A stretch of 64,000 bases of DNA from a bacterium (GTDB lineage Bacteria > Electryoneota > JAOADG01), in the NCBI GenBank assembly GCA_963681965.1, contig OY820579.1, positions 3,328,001 to 3,392,000 on the forward strand, in the 5' to 3' direction. Below the pieces are notes generated by a model. That model saw only the letters and a program-made list of their open reading frames with translations. It ran no database searches and was not told the DNA's origin. This document shows, piece by piece, positions 31,982 through 41,606 of this stretch (the stretch's first letter is position 1; each line of letters begins with the position of its first letter). A program made the position numbers and the translations under genes.

Positions 31982-33277
31982 ATGAATCGCTCGAAGCTAT
32001 TTCTCTTCGTCATCACTCTATCCATGCTGATTGTCTTATCGGGATGGGCACAGGATAGTAGCGGGGTTAATTGTTTGAATCGCTTCCAAATTAGATCGCG
32101 AAGCGTCAAAGTGAGCGATGATTATGCCTATATAACTGCAGATTCTGTTCTAACTATTTTAAATATTAGAAATATCGATAGTTGTTTCATAACAGGAAGC
32201 TGTAATTTACCCGCTGAAATACTTGGATTCGACAAATCTGGTAATAATTTATTCATTGCGACAGATTCTGCTGGGTTAGTCGTACTCGATGTTTCCAATC
32301 CCCTCCATCCTTCAATTACAACTTCACTTTCGCAAATTGTGTGCAATGATATCGCCATTCATGGTAATTTTGCTTTTATTGCAACGCTGCAAGGGTATTC
32401 AGTGATTAATATTCAAAATCCCGACAGTATTCGTATGATTGATTCACAAATAATCGGATTCGGTGGGTCAAAAATTGCCGTGAATGCCAATAAAGTATAT
32501 TTATTGGCACCCAATTTTTATGGTAATAATGATATGGATATTTTCGATATAACCAATCCGATTTCTCCGCGTTTTGTTAGAACACTTATGAGTGGTTACT
32601 CATCTGGTTTCACTGCTGTCAATTGCGATAATATTCGAACGTTTGTAGGATCGATGGAAAGATATACTGACAGTCACGGATTTGAGCATAGAACTTACAC
32701 TTTTAATATTCTAGACATATCTGAAACAGGTGATGTAGTTGTCGAAGGCAGTTGTAATGTTTCAGGCTCTATTTCTACGATTAAATTAACAAATGAATTC
32801 GCACTGATCGTCGATGCGACACAACGATTAACAGTGTTAAATATTTCAAATCACTCTAATCCAGAAGTCATTGGTTACTATGACACTCCAGGAATCCCAA
32901 GTGATGTAGCAATTGTGGGTAATGTCGCATTCGTCGCTGAAGAAAATCAATTAGCTATCTATGATTGTTCCCAAATACTCAGTGTCGAGAAACGCTTCAG
33001 CGAAACGAACCCAATTTCTTTCGCATTTCTGCCGAATTATCCCAACCCCTTCAATGCCACAACAACCATCAAGTATGCGATTGCACAGACCGGGAAAGTG
33101 TCGCTGAAGGTCTTTGATTTGACTGGCAGGGAAGTCACGTCGCTGGTCGATTTCCGGCAGGATCCCGGCGAGTACTCCGTCAAATTCGACGGTAGTCGTC
33201 TGGCAGCAGGGACATATTTTGTGCGATTGCAGGCGGGTGCGTTTAGTAAGACGCAGAAGATTGTGCTGTTAAAGTAG
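31982..33277 (+). CDS. Secreted LVIVD-repeat protein with CTD (paralog of 406-1656)
   Basis: Signal peptide, 'AQDSSGVNCL', 'GLVVLDVSNP', 'GYYDTPG', and CTD 'PNYPNPFN...KIVLLK'. Confidence 0.88.
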   Translation: MNRSKLFLFVITLSMLIVLSGWAQDSSGVNCLNRFQIRSRSVKVSDDYAYITADSVLTILNIRNIDSCFITGSCNLPAEILGFDKSGNNLFIATDSAGLVVLDVSNPLHPSITTSLSQIVCNDIAIHGNFAFIATLQGYSVINIQNPDSIRMIDSQIIGFGGSKIAVNANKVYLLAPNFYGNNDMDIFDITNPISPRFVRTLMSGYSSGFTAVNCDNIRTFVGSMERYTDSHGFEHRTYTFNILDISETGDVVVEGSCNVSGSISTIKLTNEFALIVDATQRLTVLNISNHSNPEVIGYYDTPGIPSDVAIVGNVAFVAEENQLAIYDCSQILSVEKRFSETNPISFAFLPNYPNPFNATTTIKYAIAQTGKVSLKVFDLTGREVTSLVDFRQDPGEYSVKFDGSRLAAGTYFVRLQAGAFSKTQKIVLLK

Positions 33278-33963
33278 GGGCGACCCACTGCGGTCGCCCA
33301 CATTATTTTGGGTAGGGGCGGACTCCCGTGTCCGCCAGCATTATTTTATGGTAGGGGCGGTTCGCGAACCGCCCGTATCGCCTGAAGGTTGCACAAATTT
33401 TTATTATATGCACGGGATATAACAGCATTATTTTAATTGTGAATCCGATTACGATCGTTTATCTAGATCAGACACGGGCGGTTCGCGAACCGCCCGTGTC
33501 TATTCAAGATGCACAAACCGAAAATGAGGAGATTACCTTCGGTGAGCCCTTCGGAGTTGCTTCGTCATTCCACTTCGGAAGTGCTTCGCACGTTCCTACG
33601 TTCGTTCCTCGCAAAGACAAAATCAGGATACAAGATACCTGAAGATTGCTTCGTCACTTCGCTACGGCTATCCGCCTACGGCGGATGATCCTTCGCTGCG
33701 CTCCTCGCAAAGACAAAATCAGGACACAAGATACAAGAGTAGATTGCCACAACCGCCGATGGCGGCTTCGCAACGACAAATCAAGATACAAGATTCAAGA
33801 ACAGGTTGCCACAGCCGCCGATGGCGGCTTCGCAACGACAAATCAGGATACAGGAAACAAGATTCAAGAAAAAAGATATAAGAGCGGGCGGGCGTGGGAG
33901 CCCGCCCCTACCGAAGAAGATGAAAAATATACAAGAGCGGGCGGGCGTGGGATCCCGCCCCTA
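33274..33963. repeat. Mosaic REP-like array
   Basis: Three tandem GTAGGGGCG..CGCC hairpins, four (G/A)TTGC..TCGCAA(A/C)GACA elements and two GGGCGGGCGTGGG..CGCCCCTAC. Confidence 0.88.
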
Positions 33964-34188
33964 CTAGAATACAAAATGCGGGAGCGCGCACCGATGTGAA
34001 AGATTGCGATTGAATCGCATGCATTAATGCTGTAACGAGCAATATAATCCACGAATTCAAATCTGGTTACAACCGTTATTTTAAATTCTCATAATAAATT
34101 CGTGATTATTTTGTTAACTGCCTATCAAAGCGTATGTTTTAATTAATCAATTGCATCATCTGCTTTCCTCAACCAATCAGGGTGACAT

Positions 34189-36723
34189 ATGAAAACTATT
34201 CCGGTCGTCATCGCTTTCATTCTCGCACTGCTGCTCGCATCTTCCGTTCTGGCACAAATTCCGACACTGACCACTACGGTTCCCCTCGATGTGTACGGAA
34301 CGTCCTGTACATCAATCGTGTCTTCCTATCCACCAATGCTGAACGGATATGTCTGGCGAGGCACACTGGCGGGACGCATCGCCCTGAATGGTGCCACAGT
34401 GAGTTCGGTATCGTTCCAACACGGACCCACTACCAGCTATGGGCAGGAGATCGTTACAACGGCTTACGGAACTGCAACCAACGGCGATCGTGTTTACGGT
34501 GCAGATATCCAAGTTGCCGGTTTCTCGCTCTATTATCACTATCGTCTAAAGGTAGTTACCGAGACCGGAACCTACTACGGAAACGATCTCACCTTCGTGC
34601 CGATCTACCCGGTCTGTGCCGGTTTCACCATAGAACGTCCGTGCAGCGATAGTCCAACGATGGCTGTTTACAGCACGGTCAATCGATCCCCGTACACTAT
34701 CACTGCCCAATTCCAGAGTAACGCGATCCAAAACGAAATTATTTGTCTACCCGGTAGTATAAACGAAGTTTATGGCTACAAATACGCGGTTGCGAGTTTT
34801 CAATTTACGGTGCTAAGTGAAACCTATTTGCTGCAATACTTAAGCAACAATCAAAGCTGTATGGAAGACCCCAACCAGGCGAATAACGTCTTTATCAACC
34901 CGCTGGGTCGGACATACTGGAATGAAAATGGCGAAAACCGTAATATCGCAATTTTTGAAATTTATAATCGGAATACGATTGACATGCCACTGCAAATTCT
35001 ATCCGCAACGAGTCTATATTCGGTTACCGTTCCATCCATGTCTCGCGTAATAGTTTTTACTGAAGATATGGCCGAACTTTCCTTTAATGGCGAAACATTT
35101 ATCGCTGCGAATGTTTCGACAATGCCTTGGCCGGGCATTGCAACCGTTACCGCCGTCGCCGGCAATTCGACTTCGAATTCGGCAACCTTTACCATCAGCA
35201 ACAACGACGCGGTAGCACATGACGTCAAGTTGGCCAATACCACGGGACTGTCGCACAGCTATTCACTGGCGGCGTATGCATCGCAAACGGTAACAATCGA
35301 ACGCTCGAACTGGAACCTCAAATTGCTACTTCCCAATTCGATCGAGATTGGATCGGTCGATAATTATCTCACTGTCGGGACGGTAGCACCGGGTCCGAGC
35401 ACAGGAATTTCCGTTTCACCAGATTTGCTGACGGTACCCTGCAATAGCTCGACCCGCACTCTTAGTGTATCGAATCCCGGATCCTGGACGGCTACCAGCA
35501 ATCAAACCTGGGCGACAATCAGTGCCGGTTCGGGAAGTGGTAATGCAAGCATGACAGTCAATTTTGCCACGAACAATTCCTCATCTCGCACTGCAATGAT
35601 CTTGTTTGTCGGCGGTGACAACTCCCGCGATTCAGTATTAATCACACAGGAACCGTTGGTTGCCAATGCGCTCAATTTCGACGGTGTCGACGATTATATC
35701 AGTGGTGCGACCAACTGCGACACAACGTTGGCAAACGGGTACACGATCGAAGCGTGGGTTAATCGCGACGGTATCACCACTCCCGCTGCTATTCAATTCA
35801 TCTCCGCGAAGGGTATGGAACAGTTGGAAATCCATCTGAATTATCCCTCGAATAATTTCCGGTTCATTCCTACCACCAGAGTCTATATCGATGCCACTTG
35901 TTCTTTGCCGCTGAATGAGTGGGTACATATTGCCTGCAGTTATAATCCGATCACTGCGGAAGCACATTGTTACGTGAATGCGGTTGAAGTTCCTTCGACG
36001 AACAATGGCAGTAATCCGTTGACCACGTCAGTGAACCGTTCGGGTGCTCCACTTACCCTGGGGAAGCGAACATACGGTGGCTACCAGTTCAAAGGGAGCA
36101 TCGATGAATACCGGCTCTGGTCAGGGATTCGTACGCGCGAACAGATTTCAGCAAACATGAATACCCATCTCATTCCCGCTACCAATCCGACATTAGTATG
36201 TAGTTACAGTTTCGATCAAGGTGACGGGGGTGGTCCGAATAGCGGCAGAACGTCAGTATTTGATGCGACCATCAATAATTATGAACTGATGTTGAATAAT
36301 TTTGCGCTTACCGGAGCTACGTCGAATTGGGTTACCAGCGAAGCGCAGAGCGGGAACAATACCGATCCATTGGCGCCGGCAAGCCTGTCGGCAGCAGTCA
36401 CGGGTTATAATGTGAACCTCAACTGGTTGCGCGTGAATATGGATACCTACGGCAATCCGGTGACAGTCACCAATTATCTGATCTATTTCCGGAACAGCAA
36501 TACAATTCCGTGGCAATTTCTCGCTTATACGAGTGGCGCGGATGCGACCAGTTATGCACATAACGGGGTGGTCCGATTCAGTCCGAGCATGTATTATCAT
36601 GTCACCGCCTTCTCCGGCAGTGGTTTAAGCAGCTCGACCGATGCATTGCGTGCTCTGCGACCGGGAATGACCAAGATGCAGGTGGAACGGCAGCTCTACG
36701 GCAGGTTCCATACAACGAAATAA
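34189..36723 (+). CDS. Secreted multidomain protein (BACON-like, LamG/ConA-like, C-terminal Fn3-like)
   Basis: Signal peptide, 'WTATSNQTWATI..GSGSGN', 'NALNFDGVDDY..TIEAWV..WVHIA..FKGSIDEYRLW', 'VNLNW..VTNYLIY'. Confidence 0.8.
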   Translation: MKTIPVVIAFILALLLASSVLAQIPTLTTTVPLDVYGTSCTSIVSSYPPMLNGYVWRGTLAGRIALNGATVSSVSFQHGPTTSYGQEIVTTAYGTATNGDRVYGADIQVAGFSLYYHYRLKVVTETGTYYGNDLTFVPIYPVCAGFTIERPCSDSPTMAVYSTVNRSPYTITAQFQSNAIQNEIICLPGSINEVYGYKYAVASFQFTVLSETYLLQYLSNNQSCMEDPNQANNVFINPLGRTYWNENGENRNIAIFEIYNRNTIDMPLQILSATSLYSVTVPSMSRVIVFTEDMAELSFNGETFIAANVSTMPWPGIATVTAVAGNSTSNSATFTISNNDAVAHDVKLANTTGLSHSYSLAAYASQTVTIERSNWNLKLLLPNSIEIGSVDNYLTVGTVAPGPSTGISVSPDLLTVPCNSSTRTLSVSNPGSWTATSNQTWATISAGSGSGNASMTVNFATNNSSSRTAMILFVGGDNSRDSVLITQEPLVANALNFDGVDDYISGATNCDTTLANGYTIEAWVNRDGITTPAAIQFISAKGMEQLEIHLNYPSNNFRFIPTTRVYIDATCSLPLNEWVHIACSYNPITAEAHCYVNAVEVPSTNNGSNPLTTSVNRSGAPLTLGKRTYGGYQFKGSIDEYRLWSGIRTREQISANMNTHLIPATNPTLVCSYSFDQGDGGGPNSGRTSVFDATINNYELMLNNFALTGATSNWVTSEAQSGNNTDPLAPASLSAAVTGYNVNLNWLRVNMDTYGNPVTVTNYLIYFRNSNTIPWQFLAYTSGADATSYAHNGVVRFSPSMYYHVTAFSGSGLSSSTDALRALRPGMTKMQVERQLYGRFHTTK

Positions 36724-36821
36724 TTTTTCAATGATAGTGTCTATTTATTTCTAATTGTTGTTGTTTCAGTGTAATGTTTCGCCTGATCTCGGGCTAACTA
36801 CAGGATAGAAAATACAAGATT

Positions 36822-36890
36822 CGGGCGACCGCGGAGGGTCGCCCCTACTACAAGACACAAGAACGGGCGGACACGGGGGTCCGCCCCTAC
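36822..36890. repeat. Two REP-like palindromes
   Basis: GGGCGACCGCGGAGGGTCGCCCCTAC and GGGCGGACACGGGGGTCCGCCCCTAC. Confidence 0.85.
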
Positions 36891-36990
36891 TTTCGATTTC
36901 AACCTTTACATGAGAACCACGACTTTATGCAATGGGCGGCAAGATTGCCGCCCTTTCGATGTAAAACGGTCTTCGAATCGTATATTGTAC

Positions 36991-37671
36991 ATGATGACTA
37001 CACCGGCACAATTGCGGATCGACCCGCTCCCCATCCCCTACCCTGACGCGTATCGCGAGCAGCAACGGTTGGTTGCGCTTCGTCAGCAGCAAGAGATTCC
37101 CGATACGTTCTGGCTGCTGGAACACCCTCCTGTGTATACATTTGGTCGCAGCGCCGGGACCGATGCCGAGGCACTGGAGAATCTGCGCTGGAACGAACAG
37201 CAGCGGATTGCGGCTGGGATTGAGTTGTTCGAGACCGATCGCGGCGGCGACATCACCTATCATGGACCCGGTCAGATTGTTGGCTACGGCATCGTCGATC
37301 TGCAACCGCGCGGAAACGACATTCACCGCTATCTCCGCGATCTGGAAGAGGTCATTATCCTGTCACTGGCGGCGTTCGATCTGCACGGCGAGCGCGTAGC
37401 GGGTCGGACAGGCGTCTGGGTGCGTGGTGCAAAGGTGTGTGCGATGGGAATTCGCATCTCGCGCTGGGTGACGATGCATGGCTTTGCGCTGAATGTGCAT
37501 CCGAATCTTGCGCATTTTACCGGGATCGTGCCGTGCGGGATCGGCGATGCACCGGTGACTTCGCTCTCGCTACTTTTGCAACGTGAAGTAACACTGGATG
37601 AGGTAAAGCCCGTATTGATCCGCTCACTCGCCGAAATATTCGAATGGGATTTCGTTCACAAACCCACCTAA
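36991..37671 (+). CDS. lipB: Lipoyl(octanoyl) transferase
   Basis: 'LLEHPPVYT', 'DRGGDITYHGPGQ', 'KVCAMG', 'HGFALN', 'IVPCGI'. Confidence 0.95.
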   Translation: MMTTPAQLRIDPLPIPYPDAYREQQRLVALRQQQEIPDTFWLLEHPPVYTFGRSAGTDAEALENLRWNEQQRIAAGIELFETDRGGDITYHGPGQIVGYGIVDLQPRGNDIHRYLRDLEEVIILSLAAFDLHGERVAGRTGVWVRGAKVCAMGIRISRWVTMHGFALNVHPNLAHFTGIVPCGIGDAPVTSLSLLLQREVTLDEVKPVLIRSLAEIFEWDFVHKPT

Positions 37672-37781
37672 ATTTCTTCATTAAAAAAATTCTTCGCCAT
37701 TTCCATCCAGCAAAATTGGGTATATTATACCTACCTCAATGGTATTCAGTTCTCATTCATAATCACTGGAGCGAAACCAGT

Positions 37782-39311
37782 ATGTCCACGAAAAATATCA
37801 TTGTTCATTCCCCGGAAAACTGCGATCACTGCGGTGTGTGTGTGTCGGTTTGTCCCGAAATAGTTTACCGTCAGTCCGATCCGAAAGCAGCCCTCGAAAT
37901 CGCTCATCCCGATCGTTGTTTCGGGTGTATGGCGTGTGAAGAAGATTGCAAGCAGGGAGCTCTTCAAATCTACCGGCTGCCGGATACGATGTCGATGAGT
38001 GACCTTCCAGCGCCGGGTGCTGAGTTGGTGCCCGACCAATGTTACGAGCTCGTTATCGTCGGTGCCGGTCCAGCCGGACTGGGTGCGGCAATTCGCGGAC
38101 GGATGCTCGGTCTGACAGTGGCGGTTCTGGAACGATTACCCTCGGCGAAACGCGCACATCATCCCGATGGCGGCGTGCTCTTTTCACCGAAGGATGTCTA
38201 CACCATGACGGTCTCCGATGCCGGTTTCCGGTTGGAAGAACTCGCAATCGATTTCCCCCGCTCGATCATTCACGAAACCTTGTACGATTTCATGTTCATG
38301 GGTCCGGAAGGGCAGCGAACAGCACCGCGCACCACGAAATGGGACGGGTTCATCGTCGTCGATAAACACGGTTATTGCGAAACCATGGCACAGAAAGCAC
38401 TACAACTAGGTGCGACGATTGCCTACAATACCCGGGTGAAAGCGATATCCCAACCCAATCCCGACGGCACGCGCACGGTAACGATGGCGAACGGTTTGAG
38501 TGTACAAGGTAAAGTTGTTATTTCGGCGGAAGGGATTTCCGGTCAGTTGACACATGAAGCCGGTTTGAAAGTGAATGCGGAGAAAATCGGTTGGGGATTT
38601 GCACCGTATGCCAGTTTTCCAGCGTTAGCAAAACCAAACCTGACAGCGGGATTTATGGTCGGACCGGGACCCGGTAAAACACCCGATCATCCGATACCCT
38701 ATTTGTCTTATCTCTCCAGTGGTCCCCATGCCACCCATTTCGCCACAGGACCGATGCAACAGTCCAAGGTGCGACAACCGACAGAACCGTCCTCGGTTAT
38801 TCTTAAACGGCTAGTGGAAAGCGACCGGCGGGTTGTTGCAGTATTCGGCGATAAACCCGATCTCGCGAATGTGGAAATCGACGGGTGTCGGGCGCTGGTT
38901 CGGAAATTACCGAAACGCTTGGTGGCAGACAGTCTGATTGGTGTCGGGGATGCGATCACCACGTGCGGGATGATCACGAATGTGATGGCTGTGAAAACCG
39001 GCGATCTGGCGGCACAAGCGGCGCACAAGGCGATTGCCGGGGGAGATGTGTCGGCGGCGGGATTGCAGTCGTATGAAACAGCGATCTGGAAACTTCAGAT
39101 GTACAAAGGGATGTCGTGGATGAACAAACTGCTGTTTGAAGCCCCGTTGCAGCTTCCGGAACGTGAATTGAACGACATCTACAACGCGATGAAGCCGCTG
39201 CAACTGGGTCGAATGCAGGCGGGTGAGTTGATGCCGTTGCTCACATTCTATTTGGGTTTACTACCGAAAATGATCATGAATAAATCGTTCCGGTATTATT
39301 TCACTCCGTGA
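37782..39311 (+). CDS. 2[4Fe-4S] ferredoxin fused to an FAD-dependent oxidoreductase (GGR/FixC-like)
   Basis: 'CDHCGVCVSVCP', 'CFGCMACEEDC', 'IVGAGPAG', 'SAEG', 'VGDA'. Confidence 0.8.
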   Translation: MSTKNIIVHSPENCDHCGVCVSVCPEIVYRQSDPKAALEIAHPDRCFGCMACEEDCKQGALQIYRLPDTMSMSDLPAPGAELVPDQCYELVIVGAGPAGLGAAIRGRMLGLTVAVLERLPSAKRAHHPDGGVLFSPKDVYTMTVSDAGFRLEELAIDFPRSIIHETLYDFMFMGPEGQRTAPRTTKWDGFIVVDKHGYCETMAQKALQLGATIAYNTRVKAISQPNPDGTRTVTMANGLSVQGKVVISAEGISGQLTHEAGLKVNAEKIGWGFAPYASFPALAKPNLTAGFMVGPGPGKTPDHPIPYLSYLSSGPHATHFATGPMQQSKVRQPTEPSSVILKRLVESDRRVVAVFGDKPDLANVEIDGCRALVRKLPKRLVADSLIGVGDAITTCGMITNVMAVKTGDLAAQAAHKAIAGGDVSAAGLQSYETAIWKLQMYKGMSWMNKLLFEAPLQLPERELNDIYNAMKPLQLGRMQAGELMPLLTFYLGLLPKMIMNKSFRYYFTP

Positions 39312-39378
39312 TTGATTTTTAAGGGTAAGTAGCGATTAATTGGGGTGATTGACCCTCCTTTTAACGACTTCCGGCACC

Positions 39379-39407
39379 TTGACAATAGATGTTAAAGCGA
39401 GTACATT
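39379..39407 (+). promoter_or_regulatory. Sigma70 promoter of tRNA-Thr
   Basis: TTGACA-17 bp-TACATT. Confidence 0.7.
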
Positions 39408-39468
39408 GGGTATCGCAAACCGACGGGTGCTGGTTTCGTCGGTATGCCTAAATTTTGCATGTGTTTTC

Positions 39469-39541
39469 GCCACCTTAGCTCAGTTGGTAGAGCAGCTGAT
39501 TCGTAATCAGCAGGTCTGCGGTTCGAGTCCGCAAGGTGGCT
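39469..39541 (+). tRNA. tRNA-Thr(CGT)
   Basis: GCCACCT/AGGTGGC acceptor stem, anticodon loop TTCGTAA, GGTTCGAGTCC T-arm; CCA not encoded. Confidence 0.96.
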
Positions 39542-39671
39542 CTAGTTGGGGATTAGGTGGTGGGTGTTGGGGAAAGATAGTAGTTGGTGATTGGTGATTG
39601 GTGCTTAGTTATAAGATGAAGATTTTGCGCGACTCGATGGGTCGCGTTTTTCATTGATTGAAGTTGACCTC

Positions 39672-40655
39672 CTATCGAATTCGTTCGGGGTAAACGATGT
39701 TTAGCGCAGATGTCTGAATTCGAGCAAAATCTTTAATAAACTTCTCTCGAATTTGTGATCTTTGAAAGAATTTATAGCCTCGAACCGTATCGATATCCGC
39801 TGCGATGATTTGTTGATCAAATATCCATATCTCGGAAATACATGTTTTGGCAAGATTCACCAGCGAGTCTTTATTCACAGTCGGAAATGGTTTAAATCGC
39901 TCCCATCGCAAAGTATCGGTCACGAATGAATCGAAAGCACTCAGAACAGGCGGTTCGAACAGCAACAACCATTTGCGAATTAAGGAATCTTGACTTGGAG
40001 TATAGATCGTGGGAATTTGAGTGTAATCGATTAGATGAAGTGAGCGATACAAGCCGTAACAATCTAAATAAAACGGTTTCGGATAGTTCACAGAATCGAC
40101 ACCAAATTCTCTAATCAATTCAGAGTGCCTTCGATTAAACTCACGCTGCCAAAGAACTGAATCTGGATAAATCAGCGAATCCTGAATTGAAGTTTGCAAT
40201 ACATTGAAATCGCGAAATTTTGCAATCGTATCCTCTCGAGCATAAAAGTAAATATCGCTGCAAAGCGGTAATCTGGTTACTAATTGAGGATCACTAACAT
40301 TATACATATCAAATTCTGTAGAAATGTGATAGATACCAGGCTGATTAATTTGAATTTCCAAATCTAATGAATCCAAATGTTTGCCGTTCATAGATCCTCG
40401 CCAAATGGTATTTCCGCTTAATAGAGTTAAATTTTCAGGTAGAGTAACCTTGATTTGACAAGAATCGGCGTGAATAGAATATCCATACTCGACATATAGA
40501 TGAAAGGGAGTGGCAAAGTGAAGCGGGTAGGATGTATACAAAGCTGTCCCATAACTCATCTTGAGACTCGCATAACAATTCTTGTTCACTGTGAATACAC
40601 CAGTAATTACGGTGAACAAAAACGTTAATAAAAAAAAAGGTATCTTCCCTCGCAT
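39672..40655 (-). CDS. Hypothetical exported protein
   Basis: 327-aa ORF, AGGAGG RBS, hydrophobic N-terminus; no family recognised. Confidence 0.7.
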   Translation of the reverse strand: MRGKIPFFLLTFLFTVITGVFTVNKNCYASLKMSYGTALYTSYPLHFATPFHLYVEYGYSIHADSCQIKVTLPENLTLLSGNTIWRGSMNGKHLDSLDLEIQINQPGIYHISTEFDMYNVSDPQLVTRLPLCSDIYFYAREDTIAKFRDFNVLQTSIQDSLIYPDSVLWQREFNRRHSELIREFGVDSVNYPKPFYLDCYGLYRSLHLIDYTQIPTIYTPSQDSLIRKWLLLFEPPVLSAFDSFVTDTLRWERFKPFPTVNKDSLVNLAKTCISEIWIFDQQIIAADIDTVRGYKFFQRSQIREKFIKDFARIQTSALNIVYPERIR

Positions 40656-40861
40656 ATTACCTCCTAAATAATTGATCTAGTTTATAAAATATTGCTTGAT
40701 GATTGTGTCGCATGTGTAAACATTATCATACGATACTAAGCATCTGAAAATCTACTAAATAATGAATAATATATCTTCACACATGCGACACTACTTCTTA
40801 GCAAAGGTCTAAATCATATCAAAATGCGCGCATATCGCATTTCGACAAATCAACTACCAGA

Positions 40862-41059
40862 CTACTTCAGCAACACAGCTTTCTTTGTTGCAACAAATTC
40901 CGGTGACTTCATCGTAATGAAGTAGATACCGGTGCTGACTTTCATTCCGCTGGAATTATTGCCATCCCAGGTGATGCGATAGCTGCCGGTAGTATAGTCT
41001 TTATCGGCGAGCGTCTTCACCAACCGACCCAATGCATCGTATACCGATACCACTAGCAT
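40862..41059 (-). pseudogene. Orphan CTD (FlgD-Ig-like) gene fragment
   Basis: 'VYDALGRLVKTL...WDGNNSSG..VSTGIYF...KKAVLLK' with no passenger domain; abuts an IS remnant. Confidence 0.8.
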
Positions 41060-41305
41060 TCCGAAGTTGAATCAAGCGTTGAAACGACCGCAAGTCAACT
41101 GATAGAGCTTTGCAAACCTGATCCTTGGAAAATCCCAACAAGAGCATTTTGATGCCTTGAAAACGACAGTGCTCGTCGTGATCGACCGAACTTCGAAGGG
41201 TCTCCTCGATGTCGTCCAAAGTACCATTCGCAGGATTAGGAGATAAAGGTCGCATGAAATAAAGATAAGAAACAATGCGACACTATTTATGAGAAGCGGT
41301 ATAAT
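41060..41305 (-). mobile_element. Transposase 5' remnant, probably IS630-type HTH, with terminal sequence
   Basis: 'EHCRFQGIKMLLLGFSKDQVCKALSVDLRSFQR' HTH-like; end motif TATACCG(C/G)TTCTCATAAAT shared with the copy at ~56345-56363. Confidence 0.6.
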
Positions 41306-41493
41306 GGTAATTGCGTTAAGAGCCACATTGTCTCAGTTAGACATTTATCGCGAGCAGCGTTATCGAATTTATGTTCGATTGCAGAAATCGATGCCTGAGC
41401 AATTTGAGGGGAATCTGCCCCACAATCGAGCAAATTCTTTACTTCAGTCCATTTGCGGGTGTTTGGAAGTTTGCCTAATCTTAAATGTCCCAT
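41305..41493 (-). pseudogene. Truncated conserved hypothetical gene ('MGHLRLGKLP..RKW') interrupted by the IS remnant
   Basis: The protein-like ORF runs into the IS end after ~63 aa. Confidence 0.5.
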
Positions 41494-41554
41494 CAATTCA
41501 CCCAACCTTTACTAGATGAATAATCAAGAACTAATGATATAGGACTAAGAGTGA

Positions 41555-41587
41555 AGCAACCGCCCCACCTTGCGGCAGGGCGGTTTT
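41555..41587 (-). terminator. Terminator-like palindrome after giant gene B
   Basis: AACCGCCCCACCTTGCGGCAGGGCGGTT; identical core at 48439-48470. Confidence 0.65.
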
Positions 41588-41606
41588 AATAAGAGCAACA
41601 ATAAAT

